Positions 1 through 12,180 of a stretch of 64,000 nucleotides of DNA are shown here, one piece after another; the stretch's first letter is position 1, and the number at the start of each line of letters is the position of its first letter. The DNA comes from Dipteris shenzhenensis. Its lineage: Eukaryota. A program made the translations under genes and the position numbers. Under the pieces are notes generated by a model. That model was not told where the DNA came from. It saw nothing but the letters and a program-made list of their open reading frames with translations, and did no database searches. The DNA lies in assembly GCA_047967505.1 (NCBI GenBank), contig CM106538.1; one strand, written 5' to 3'.

Positions 1-1095
1 GGGGGAATGGCACTAGTGACATTCTCCACAATCTTACAATTGTGACATTAAGATGGGGGAAATTTTGAAGAATGGAAATAGTGCCATTTTCTGGAGACGG
101 TGGATAGATACATCCAAACCTTAGATTTGGTATTCTAGTATTTTGATGCTATATGTTTCTTATCCAAGTTACAAGTTCTAGTGTCCTCGATCTAAGTTTT
201 AGATTCCACATTCCAAGCTTCATATTCTACAATCTTTGGGTTCAATTTTTGGGATCTGGATCCAATGTTTAGGTCTAGGCTAGGTTTATGAGCTTTGGGT
301 TTTAGTGTTCTAAATTGTGATCTCAAATATCAGATTTTGGGTTACATTTTGTCTTGAATATTGGGATACCAGGTCCTATGTTCAAGTTTTGAAGTTGCCA
401 GCTTTGGTATGGGTCTAAGGTTTCACGATTTGGATCCTAGCTATATGCTTCCAACAGGTCCAGGTTTAGCATCTTAGACCCTAGGGGTTCTAGCTCAAGG
501 TGACAATGCAATAGTATTTGTTCAATTTACTTTTTATCCCTTCCCCCTATATTATTTCCATGTTTAATTTCCCCTCCCCTCTTCCTTTTTCCCTTCCTTC
601 CCCCCACCCCCTCTCTAATTTTTCCCTAGCTTTCTCCTTTATTTCCCCCTAATTCTGCTTAAATTTCCCTTGAATTTTTCTTAAATATTTTTTCTAATTT
701 TCCTACCCCCCCTCTTTGCCCCCTCAATTTTCACCTAGTTCTTCTCCCGATTTCCCCCTATTTTTGCCCCCCTAAATTCCCCCTAAAATTTCCCAATTTC
801 TTCCTTAACTAAACTTATAACCCCCTCTCCCCCTAACCTCCCCTCCCTAATTAAACCTCTATCCAACCGCCTAGTTTACTCCCTCCAAAAGAAACCCCTT
901 ATCTTCCTCGACCCTTCTTTTCCCTGCCTGATAGTCGCTTCCAACTACCGACTAGCCTCACAAGCTACTTAACCCCCTCCACTCTCAGCAATTCTCCTAC
1001 GCTCTAAATTCCCCCCTCTCTAAAACTCTTAACCCTCCCTCTGCCCGACTGATTGATTTTTCGTAAACGACGTGCCTTCGTCCCATCGATTGCGT
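1..1095 (-). repeat. Inverted copy of 40300-41394 (non-autonomous Helitron 5' part plus adjacent sequence); runs off the left edge
   Basis: Reverse complement matches 40300-41394, with coordinate sum 41395 at both ends and only scattered substitutions seen. It includes the 14-bp filler found only in the right-hand duplicate. Confidence 0.95.
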
Positions 1096-2647
1096 CCTCC
1101 AACTTTTTTTGTTACACTTTCTGCAGGAGAAAAACTATGGAAGCCTCTAATTGAAGCAATACAAAAACTAAACACAAATACCACACCCAACGTGGACATA
1201 AATCAACAAGCTCGAATAAGACATCTATTTCGCTCTGATCCCGTCACTACAGCCCAATAGTATGTGCACAAATTCCAAGCCCTTAAAAACGTTATAAAAA
1301 AAGACCACAACATTCTGGGAAAATTGAATGACTTCTTCTTCATTATGGAATTCCAAAATAGAGGTAGTCAACACGATCACGGACTATTGTGGGTCAAAAA
1401 TGCACCCATCTTTGGAATTTCTTCAAACACTGAAATTGAGCAATTTGCAGAAAGATACATATCAACAAACAGTTTGAAACTTCCAATTGAACTACAACAA
1501 ATTCAAACACATAGGCATCGTAAGACATGCTTCAAGAGAAAACAAAAATGTTGTTTTGGATTTCCACGCGCTCCCATGTCCTCCACAAAAGTCTTGCTTC
1601 CATTAAAATTTGAAGATCGTAACGACATTTTAAAAAAACTAGCTCTCATTAACTCTACATTGTCACAAGATACAACATTAACTTTAGACTATCATGGATT
1701 CTTGCAAACTATCAACCTAACATAGGATGAATACATAAACAGTCTACGAGCATCTATTTCACAACCTACTCTTTTCTTGAGAAGAGAACCAAAAGATATA
1801 TACACACAAACAACTTCAACCCTCATTTATTAAAATTATGGGGAGCAAATATAGATGTTCAATTTATAGTGAATCCACATGGAGTAGCAGCTTATTGTAC
1901 ATCTTACATGACTAAAATTGACAAAGAAACCACATTAGCAGTTAAGGAAGCTTTGTCCCAAAGCATTAACACAAATGCTGCCCCTAATGAATGCATACGA
2001 AAAGTTGGAAATGCAATATTGAACACACAACACATAAGCTCTCAACAAGCAGTGTATTTGGCACTATCACTACCACTCTCCACTTCAAGTAGACAATTTC
2101 AATATATTAAGACTAGCCCTCCTGACAAAAGAACCCTATTGCTTAAACGCAGAGAGCAATTGCAAAAACTAGACCCAGAAAGCATGAATATATTTTTCGA
2201 TGACATCATTACAAAGTACTTACATTGATCACAAGGTCTTCATGATGTTTGTTTAGCAAGCTTTGTCAGTGACTACACAATCAATGGAAACAATGCAAAA
2301 AAAAGGAAAAAAAATAAAATTATATGATTCAACAACTACAATCAAACAAAAGACCCATAAAATTACTACAGAGAGATATGTCTCTTGTACTTCCCATTCC
2401 ACACTACTGAGCTAATTCTTGATGAGATTGTTTATACTTGGCATGATATGTACCACAACAACAAAAACATCATAGATCCCAACAAAGACAAGTTCAACAA
2501 GCTTATCTTAAATAACAAAAAAGTTACCTCAACCAACTCAACTACAAAATCATCATACACTAATCTTATCCAAAATAATAATGATGGATATGACATTGGA
2601 ATAGACATGCCCAATCCTTTAAAAGAAAACAATATTTCCATAATACT

Positions 2648-4000
2648 TTGCTACCATGTAAAAAAAACACTGAAGATTGTTACTATGAAAACTTTAGGTC
2701 TTTGAATTCGGAGCATCAACTTATTGTTGATGACATAATTTTAAAGAAAAGAACATCACCTACAAAACCATTCCATCTTTTCCTAACAAGCAATGCAGGA
2801 ACTGGAAAAACATTCACGCTACTTGCAATCGTCCAAGCGTTGTTGCGCACTTACTCACACAAAGAAACAAACAATATAGAATCTCCCAAAATATTATTGC
2901 TCGCTTACACAGGAAAAGCAGCTTTCAACATTGGAGGCAGAACGATCCATGCTGCACTACATCTATCACTTATGACATCTCAATACACAAGCCTATCGAG
3001 CGAGAAACTACAAGAACTATCACAACTCTTCAAAGATCTTCAGCTAGTAGTATTTGATGAAGTATCTTTGATTGGATACAACACATTTGCTGCAGCAGAC
3101 CTGCGTCTAAGAGAGATAAAACACAACCACATGCAACCATTTGGTGGTCTTGATGTTCTCCTTTGTGGAGACTTATGCCAAGCTAGCCCTACAAAATACT
3201 CATGGCTATTTATCGATCAATCAATACAAACATCAGTACAAACATCATTTTGGAAGAACAATGTCTACCAATACGAACTAACAACACCAATGCGACAAAC
3301 AAACTATGAATTCATTAACATTCTCAACAAAATTAGAACAGGCATACATACAGAGGCCGACATCACACACATAAACGAAAAGTATCTAAGACAACCACTT
3401 AAAAAAGAAATCATTCCCCATCTATTTTACACTAATGCTTCTAAAGACATTCACAACAAAGAAGAATTCCATTTACTCAAACAAATTCCTCATATTCTAC
3501 AAGCAATAGACATAAGGCACAAAACATGTAGCAAAACAATAACAATCCCAATGAACCCATCGAACACTTCTGGATTACATTAAACATTGCATTTAAAGCC
3601 TACAGATAGTCGAAATGTGCTCGGGTAATCTAGACATCTCCGATGGATTGGTTAATGGAGTAGATGGGATCTTTCAACATTCTACCCTTATAGGAGAATT
3701 GTAATGTGTTTGGATCTTGTTCCACAATGATACTATCGGCAAGGAAGCACGCTTAAATAACTCCTCTCTATATTCCAACGAAGTACCGAAGTTGTGGACA
3801 CCAATATTACAAATCACAAAAGAATTTCAAGTAGGGAAAAACAACTTCAACACTGTTTCTCGAACACAATTCCCAATTCAGCCAGCTTCAGCTAGGACAA
3901 TACACCGTTCCCAAGGTCTATACCTCGCATTTGATCCATCCTTAATTAAGACACATGGCCTCACATACACAGCTCTATCATGAATAACGAACCCTGATAT
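2648..4000 (+). pseudogene. PIF1-family SF1 helicase domain of the Helitron
   Basis: Walker A (SNAGTGKT), Walker B (VVFDEVS), PFGG, MRQ and TIHRSQG motifs across ORFs 2648-3583 and 3717-3983. Confidence 0.9.
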
Positions 4001-4515
4001 CTTTTACCTTCTAAAGCCACTCCACTCAAAACACATTAAAGTGGACAAAATCGTCATCCAAGAGATGGGAAGACTTCGAACACATAGACAATGGATTCCA
4101 ACACAAATAAACTTCTCAACTAATATCAGCCAACAAAATACATTGCAATCCCTCAATACACGTGCATTAAAGTCCCACTTAATTGACATAATTAAAGATA
4201 CAAGTCTCCTTCAAGCATCAATACTCTGTCTCCAAGAATTGCATTGCAACAAATCATCAACACTATCCTTGCCAGAATTCACGTGTCTCCAAGAAACAAA
4301 TGGTGTGGGAATAGCAACATGCTACAAAAAAGAAATGCAACTACAACAAAAAATTTACAAACAAAACCAAGGGTTTGAATGCTTATTGACCATATTTCAA
4401 ACGCAAACAAATAAAAAAGTAGCCATCATAAATGTCTACAACTCGCCCCTCTCCAAAACTTCTTCAGTCCTTGACAATCTCCAAAAAATATTTCTACACA
4501 TTGAGGAAGATACAC

Positions 4516-5482
4516 TGTTATGGATAAATTTATCTAAGGAAAAAGGCATAAATATGTGTGGCAATAGTATAATAAAATATGGTATGCATAGGGCCCAGGG
4601 TTGAGGTGGCAGGGCATGACCCTTCCACGTAAGAGGACCCATAAGGTGTGATGTACATAATCCATGGTAGTAATATTATAAAATGTAAGGTGGCATGGCT
4701 CCTCCATGTGCCACCCCTCCACCAAGGTTGCATTTAGTGAGATATGGCTCAAAGTCCATGGGAGAAGTAATATAAAATAGGTGGAGATGGATATTATATT
4801 GGGTTATTCCCTCCATAGAGGATAGGCCCATATGGGGGAGGTATAGAAAGTCCAAGAGAGCAAGTTAAATAATGGGGAAAGTAGGATGAGGTGGCAAGAT
4901 TCCTTGTGCCAACCCTCCACTTGTCCTCCTAAAGGTTTGAACATATTATAAAATTGGGAAGAGACCAAGGGAGTATCATAGACTTGAGATATGGGACTTG
5001 ATTTATGTGGAAAAATGAGGCAAAGGGTTGTCACACACAATTGAGAGTGCGTAAGCGCCTAGCCCACATGGGAGACTTTTCCACACACACCATGCATGTG
5101 GGAGGAGGCATTTATTGGGAGAGACCCCCTCTCTTGGCTATAAAAGGAGGGGCTATTCCTTGATGTGACACGCTCATTCTTGTAAAGCCACCTAGCTACT
5201 ACTTTGATATTTCCCTCTCATCCTTTCTTTCAAATAAAGCATGGTCCTCTTCCCTTGATGTCTCCATCTTTACATTTCTCCTCCCATTATATACATGCTT
5301 CTCTTCCCCCTCTCCCTTTCCCCTTGTGCCATAGTCTCCCTCTTCATTCCCTCCCCTTCTAATCCCATTTCCCCTCCCATGATAACGTTTTGCCCTCACG
5401 TTCTCCTTTCCTCTATGGCCCTTGAGCGTCGCCATGCTTAGTGTCTAGCCTCTTGTCCTGATTTCTTTTCCAGCTAATAACA
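4516..5482 (+). mobile_element. Solo LTR inserted in the Helitron endonuclease domain
   Basis: Absent from the paralogous site (32541-32560, gaagatacacccataac). Ends are TGTTAT...ATAACA, with internal CTATAAAAGG (~5138) and AATAAA (~5233). No coding potential; target-site duplication imperfect. Confidence 0.8.
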
Positions 5483-5970
5483 CCCATAACAATCATAGGA
5501 GATTTCAACATCAACTTCCACAAAAAAACAAAAAACCAAACAACTAACAAATTTCATGGATCAACAAAACTTCGATCAATTGATTTTGCAACCAACTACT
5601 ATTCATGGATCTACTATTGACCACATTTGGACAAATCACAAGAACAACCACACATTGTTTGATACAAATTACATCTATTGGTCAGACCACTCACTTCTTT
5701 ACACAAACATTGTTTCCTAACAATCTTATGCAACTTTACAAAACCTTCTTCAAGAAATTCAAAGGGAAATTCCTGAAGGCCATTTGAATGTAATTCATCT
5801 TGTTTGATTATATGTATTACTTCTTTTTGCAAAACAATAGACAATGTTTAAGAGTTTCTTAGTAAACGAAAGACCAATAAGCCAAAGGAAAACCAAAAAT
5901 CATTGGTGTTCCCATGGCCTCTACTTATAATTATGTCACCATTGCTTTCGAATGAGCTTGCTCTCAAGCT

Positions 5971-8332
5971 ATGGCGACTTCTTCTTCCTCCTCTCCCTTG
6001 TTAGTTTCAACCCTCGCGAATTTCGAATTTTGGTTCATCGCTGTGCTCTACTGCCTCGCCTCGCTTCTCATGCTATGCCTGATGGCCTACGATATCAGGC
6101 TTTCCAAATTCTATCGCCAATATTGGTTCCCCTGCAGATTTCTCCGGTTCGACTCCTTCACTTTGATGCTGCTGCTATTGTGTCTCAGCGCCATTCGGAT
6201 GTCTTTCGACCTTAGATCTTAGCTATATGCCCATTGCTCATCAACTTGATGCGTATGTGGCATACGAAAGTCGGGTCCTGGTGTTGAAGGTCCTTGTGTG
6301 TGTTGTCATTGGGTATATCCTTCCCTCGGTTGCAAGTGACTCGTCTGCACAGAGCGATATTTGGAGCAGCGTTAGGGGCCTTGCTTTCCTCATAGCGTCT
6401 GTCGTTGCTCACATGCTTTACGAGTTGTATGTCTTGTACAATATTGCGTCTGCAATGTTTTCCTCCGGAAGCAACATCAGTGCGTACGTCCATCATGGGA
6501 CAACTGCAAAAATTATCGTAGTTGCAACAGCAAGCATTTGCGTCACGGCAGCTCTGTTGTTCTTGGTATTGCTGTTGATGGCAGCTGCGACAGCTGTGCT
6601 AGGTTTGAGAGAGTTGTTCGGCCACAAGTTAGAACTTTGTCTTCCACGACACAGTTTTGCATACTCATGGGAGCAAGTCCGCTTTAAGGCATTGAAATCT
6701 TGGGTTGTGGCTCGAACATCGGATCCTGAATTTGTTCTTGCCAGGTCAGTGATCGGTCCAGTCTCAGCAATCACCGTATCAGGTTGTTTAATGGCCCTTA
6801 TATCTGTTGAAATTTTCGCGATAATGAGTGTGCGGGATGGAGGGTCTTTGTCTGGCTACTTCCGAGGGGCCGAGTTTTTTTCATTTCCTACCATTGCACT
6901 TGGGTGGAGTGTAATAGTCACAAGATCGTTGTTGCAAGTTATGAATTGCCCGAGATTCGAGCTTTCATATTCGAGCTGTAAAAACTTCTTCAAGGTGGAG
7001 ACCTTCTGGAACAGACATCTTCTTAGGAGCATCCATTCCAGTGTCTGCAATCGTCAGGACCACAACGGATCATGGCAATTATGCTTGAGGAAGATCTACA
7101 TCCTAATTCGGTACTTGCTTTTCTACATAGTCATATCCTCAAACTTTATCACAATTTGGATGAGCAAGATAGGATGGTTGACGATGGAGTTGACTATGGG
7201 AGCGATGTTCAAGACGATTAGACGATTCCTCTTGTGCAGGAGGACAAACTCAAGCAGTGAAGAGACAACGTCATTAGAGCCTCTAGAAGAATGGGTTATG
7301 GGCGTGGAGGGAGAGGATAAGCGTGCTCTTTGGAACGCTACTAAGGGGGCATTGAACCGTACAAGGAAGCTGTTGATGGCCGAGCGTGTGGAGGACCACC
7401 AGATTTCTGCCTTAACAACTCTGCTAGGAATGGTAGACACACAGAATTTTTGTGGAGTAAGAGAGTACGTGAAGTTTGTGGAAATGCTGGAAGGAAGTGA
7501 AGACCGCAAAAGCGCGGACCCCCTGGAAAGCAGCTGGACGATGTTAGCAGCCACTCTCGCGGTCGTGCTGTCTTGTCTTGATGGGAGCCTACACGATCAT
7601 AATGTAAAGGATCCATTGGCTCCGTGCTGGGCGAGAAGCTGCTACGAACAAGCGAGGGAGATGATGAGAGCTGTAGACACGGCAAGCAGGAAGGATGACA
7701 ATGCGCAGATGCTATTGATGAGGGCAGCGGAGGAGGCACTGATTTCAGATTGGACATTGAGGGTGGTGGGCAAGAAGCTAGGAGGATGTACGAGGGAGGA
7801 AGAAACGGCGTTGGAGAGGATAAGAGCGTGGAAGGGGTTGGGCAAGGAGATGGGCAAAGGTGATGGAGAAGACTACAGAGCAGGAAGTGTGGTTGCTGGA
7901 AGAAGTATGTTGAAGGTGTGTGCTTTGGCAGAGACTGTAGGAGAACGATTGGGAGAGAAGGCGATGGTGGAGTGCTTGATTCAAACGTTTGCAGATGTTG
8001 TGGGGGCTTGCTTGACAAAGCTTCCTTGGGCATGCGTTGTCCATTGCTACTATGGTTCAAGAGCCTTCTGTGAGTCCAAGGTTTTAAGCATCTTCCCTAT
8101 CATTGCCAAAGGTGAGAAGCTTTTCAACGCTGCAGGATGGTCTCTTCAACCCTCTCCCAACACGACCAACTTGACTTTACACAACTTTCACAATTTGATC
8201 CCCCCTCCTCCTTTTCCTCCTCCTCAAAGATCATTTTGGCGCATCTATGGAAGCCTTCTCAGCTCCCCACCCTCACGTTTGACACATTCCACCACAACCA
8301 TTAGTTCCATTCATAGCATTCCCAATATTTAA
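5971..8332 (+). pseudogene. Frameshifted copy of the plant multi-pass membrane protein gene (At4g17250/At5g47580-like)
   Basis: Nearly identical to 33107-35473, but a 2-bp deletion (CA) after 6200 splits it into 83-aa and 701-aa ORFs. Confidence 0.85.
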
Positions 8333-9113
8333 TCATTGCACCTTGGAAATTATCAAGCCTATAGTCTCCCCACCCACCTCGTGTAACACATGATATTACA
8401 AGAAGTTTATATTCATATTGGCACATATTTCAACCCACAATCTCCCACTCCTTTATTTTTTCTTTCAAAGAACAATTTACAAGCATGCTTTCCAACTTCC
8501 CCTCCAAAATAGCTACTCAAAGAAGTAAGGAAGAATGAATTCTTGTAATTAAAAATCATCTATAGAAACGAATCAATTGTTGTTTTCTCCTCCTACTAGG
8601 AATCAAATCAACTATATCATTATGTTGCAAGGCTCAAAGGTGTGTGTATATAAAGGTTGGCCATCAACGGTAATTAACTCCTCACGTCAAGGGAGCCACT
8701 TGAAAATTTGTAACCTTAGCACATGTGTTTTAACTTTGATACTCCTTTGCACATAACGTTTACATACATTCAAACTTTTAGTGCTAAAAAAAAATATCTG
8801 AATTAATTAGCTCTTGAAGACATGTGGTATGTGTGATTTCTATACAGATTTGACCTCCCTAAGTATTTTCACTAGCAATAAATTCTTCCACTAAATGCAT
8901 AGTAGCTATGATCCCTCCAAAAAACACAAGGATTTAATGATCATTACTTTAATTTTTCAAAATGTACTAATAGAAATAGTAGCAACAAATAAAAATTAGT
9001 TCAAAAAATGTTGCATATTGTAAAATTCTAGAAAGATCAAATCAAGAATTAGACCCATAACTCATCTTGGGCTACTTCATCATTTCACCATTTATCTTTT
9101 GCTAACTTGTTGA

Positions 9114-9242
9114 AGATGTAAATTATACTATGTGTGTAATTGGGATAATGTATATGCCAAGAGGCAAAATGTGCATAATTAAAGATGTAAATTTCACTAT
9201 GTGTGGAATTGGGACGACGTATATGCCAAGAGGCAAAATGTA
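9114..9242. repeat. ~68-bp tandem duplication (also at ~36255-36383)
   Basis: aagatgtaaatt..actatgtgtg.aattggga...gtatatgccaagaggcaaaatgt occurs twice. Confidence 0.8.
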
Positions 9243-10129
9243 CATTTTGTCCATCAAAACTTTTGTATTTATCAAAATAATAACTACAAACGTTTGTAAT
9301 TCAATCTTTGCACCTAAACTGCTTCAGTTTGAGAGGGGGTAGAGTTTGCACTTCCTCTTCCTCGTATTTCTTTTTTCAATATGAGAGTATGCATAATTTT
9401 GCACCTCTCTCATTTAGTTAGTTTGTCAAGAGGAAAGGATGTAGCTCTTTGCCTCTCACATGTGCTTTCACAAGTCTTGTCAAGGTTTGTAGCTACTCTA
9501 CTGATATGCCCTTTCTCCCATTTGGTTGGTTAGGAGGGGCCATAAAAAACCCAGCACCCCTCTTCTTTTTGAGTACACAAGGCTGGTCCTCATTATCCTC
9601 ATTGGTCGAGGCATGAGGGACGAGCCTAGCCACTAAGATGGTGATTGTGAACAAGGCCCCATCCTAGCCTAGCACCCAATGTGCGACCTAATGTCCCAAA
9701 TGTAGTGCCAAACAAATTGCAAGGGATACAAACAAGGATACAGATGGGCGTACATAAACATCTAATGAAGTCCACCATTACAACAAAGAATCTACATGGA
9801 GTACCACAACTTGCCACATAGATGGCAGAACAATTGCTATGATGATGCTAGAGTAGTAGAAAGTGATAGAAGTTTCCCCACCCTAGCATGTTGTTCATGA
9901 TAGAAAAAGTACAAAGGTGGCCCAAAGAAAGTAAGCCTAAGGCCCTATTTGATGGTTTAGCCAATGCAGCTACACCTAGTTCATATCTTTTCATATCTAT
10001 TTAGTGGTCTAGCTATTGGTGGTGGCTTGATTAGAGAGGATAAGTTACATAAATATTTGACAACTAAACATATTCTCAAGCTTGCCTCTCAACTTCTGGC
10101 CAAAGCCAATGAGAGAGTGAGCATCGTAG

Positions 10130-10560
10130 TAGAGGAGCAAGAGGTGATGTGGCCTCATCAATGCCACATGGTAGTCTTTCAAGCCAACACTAATTGTTGC
10201 TACATGGTAGCCTCAAAGCCTACCTTTTAGGCCCCCCTTGAATCTTTGTCACTATTCTAGTTAGAAAGGCAATAAAGCCTTCTCCTCCAAGCTTGTTCAA
10301 AGGTCTCACTCGTGCCATCTCAAGTCTTTTGCAAAGGTCCTCTCTAAATCTTTTCAAAATGCCCTATCTTAAACCACATTCAAGCTTCAAAGGGTGGTTT
10401 GCACCATTATTTTATCCTCTTAAAATGCTAAAAAATGTGTCCTCCATAGCATCCCATTTAGTAAAATATGTATTACCATATTGCACGTACCAATTCACAC
10501 AATCTAGTTCTATCTTTAGACCCTTCAAAAAGTAGGAGTCAGATAGTGGGTCAAAGCTCA
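10130..10560 (-). mobile_element. Possible highly decayed retrotransposon gag remnant (copy at ~37270-37700)
   Basis: Minus-strand translation ..VNWYVQYGNTYFTKWDAMEDTF.. resembles the gag W-Y..TW..L..F pattern; heavily disrupted. Confidence 0.3.
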
Positions 10561-10653
10561 TTCCTTATTTGATAATGACATGATATTGAGTGGAGTCACA
10601 CTAGTACACATAGGCACTTTTATGACTCTTAACATACTATTCTAATATTTCTG

Positions 10654-12180
10654 GAGGGTCATTGTTTGCTTGGGTGTAGCCATTTTTGGTGAGGTTCAGG
10701 ATTTTTTCTATATATAGGTATCTTGCATGACCCATAACTTATGCATTGCTCAACGGAATTCGGTAAACTTTGTCTTCAAGTTGTAGTACACATTTCAAAC
10801 TTGAACATGAGAGCAAAAAATTATGGAATAAGCATTTGGAAAGAGACTGTTAAAGCATTACAAGTGCTATGTTACATGGCAAGCATGCATCTTGAAGACT
10901 ATAGGATATAGCAATTTATTCAAAAGCATCAAAATTTGTTTATTATATACTTTAATTAGACTGTGTTTTGTCTTCTTTTAGTAGTAGCAAAAAGGAGGCT
11001 CACTGTTCTATTGTTCTCGCATGTTGGGTCAGCAGACCGAGTTGTATCTCAAGTTTATGGATCAGAATCCATACATTTCAATTGGACAAAGGAGCTTTGA
11101 GCATTGTAAGCCCTGGTACATCAGGAAAGTCAAAGACAAAAATGTTTATTATTACAAAACACACATAGACTTTGACCTGGACCGACAAGCTATGAATGAC
11201 TTGAGATCTGGTCGTGTTGGAGCATTGCTCCATGGGGATCGATGCCCATGCCTCCCCGATGAATGCGCAGTCTGTAGGCCACCTGGATCCTCATCCTGTG
11301 TTGCAAGGGAGGGCAGGTTTTGTAGCCTAAGGTCTCTGTGGGAGACAGTGGTTTGTCCAAAGAGAGACCATGAGTAGCACCGGATTGAATGCATTCACAG
11401 CACATGCAAGCATTGCAGTTTGACGTTGAAGAACAAGACATTCAATGTCTATCCAAATGAAATGAGGGAAGACAACCATGTTGCTCTAAAATGGAGAAGA
11501 TTTGAAAATGTCAATGTTGAAGGATCTGATAAAAAGAGATGGCTACTATCATATAAGAGCACCCAGCCAAGGGAGCTTATAGGTTACGTGGTTCAATCCA
11601 TCCCAAAATATGTGCTTCACAATTTCACAGCCAGATGTCAGGATAAGCAATTCAAGATGTGCCTTGCCAATTTTCCCCATGACACTTTTATATCTGTCAT
11701 AGATTTTGCTAAAAATTATTCATTTCAAGAATAAGATGAGATACAAAGTGCTCACTGGTACAACAAGTAGATAACAATTCTTGTGCATATCACATACCGT
11801 CATTTTCTTGATTCTTCCATGCTTGATGCCAATCTGCTTGCTGACTCACAGGAGTCCAGGTCAGTGCAATGCATGTATCATTTCTACATTTTAGATGATA
11901 GGGAACATGACACCTTATTTATGGAGCATGCTTTTCTAGTGCATCGGGAATGGCTGAAAAAGGAAAATCCCCATGCAGAAAATATAAAACAACATTGGGT
12001 GTGGTCAGATGGTGCTGCCTGTCAATTTAAATCAACCTGTGGATTCTACTTCGTCTCAAGGTTCAAATCCGAGTCAAATCCTTGACCCATTTAGACATGA
12101 TGTAGAATTTCTTTGGGTCTAGCCATGGCAAGGGTGAACATGATGGATGCGGTTCTATTATTAAGCAAGCTCTCTTCAAA
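10654..12180 (+). mobile_element. 3'-truncated Sola2-like DNA transposon fragment (transposase pseudogene ~10982-12180)
   Basis: Motifs IGQRSFEHCKPW, SVIDFA(K/E)NYSF, EIQSAHW, HFYILDDREHD, WSDGAACQFKS, HGKGEHDG. Putative 5' end GAGGGTC..GGGTGTAGCCATTTTTG at ~10654. Confidence 0.7.

Larger units (their letters stand above)
1096..5720 (+). mobile_element. Decayed endonuclease-encoding Helitron (Helentron-type) Rep-Hel-EN pseudo-ORF, 5'-truncated
   Basis: Rep motifs PPTFFVTLS, EFQNRGSQHDHGLLW (HUH), GANIDVQF..AAYCTSYMTK (YxxxY). PIF1 motifs AGTGKT, FDEVSLIG, PFGG, GDLCQ, QFPIQPA..TIHRSQG. AP-endonuclease motifs LCLQE, VYNSP, GDFN, TIDH, SDH. Multiple stops and frameshifts. Confidence 0.9.

Noticed and set aside
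7123-8060. Minus-strand ORFs of 143 and 239 aa (and copies at 34264-35201)
   Set aside because: Antisense shadows of the membrane-protein CDS
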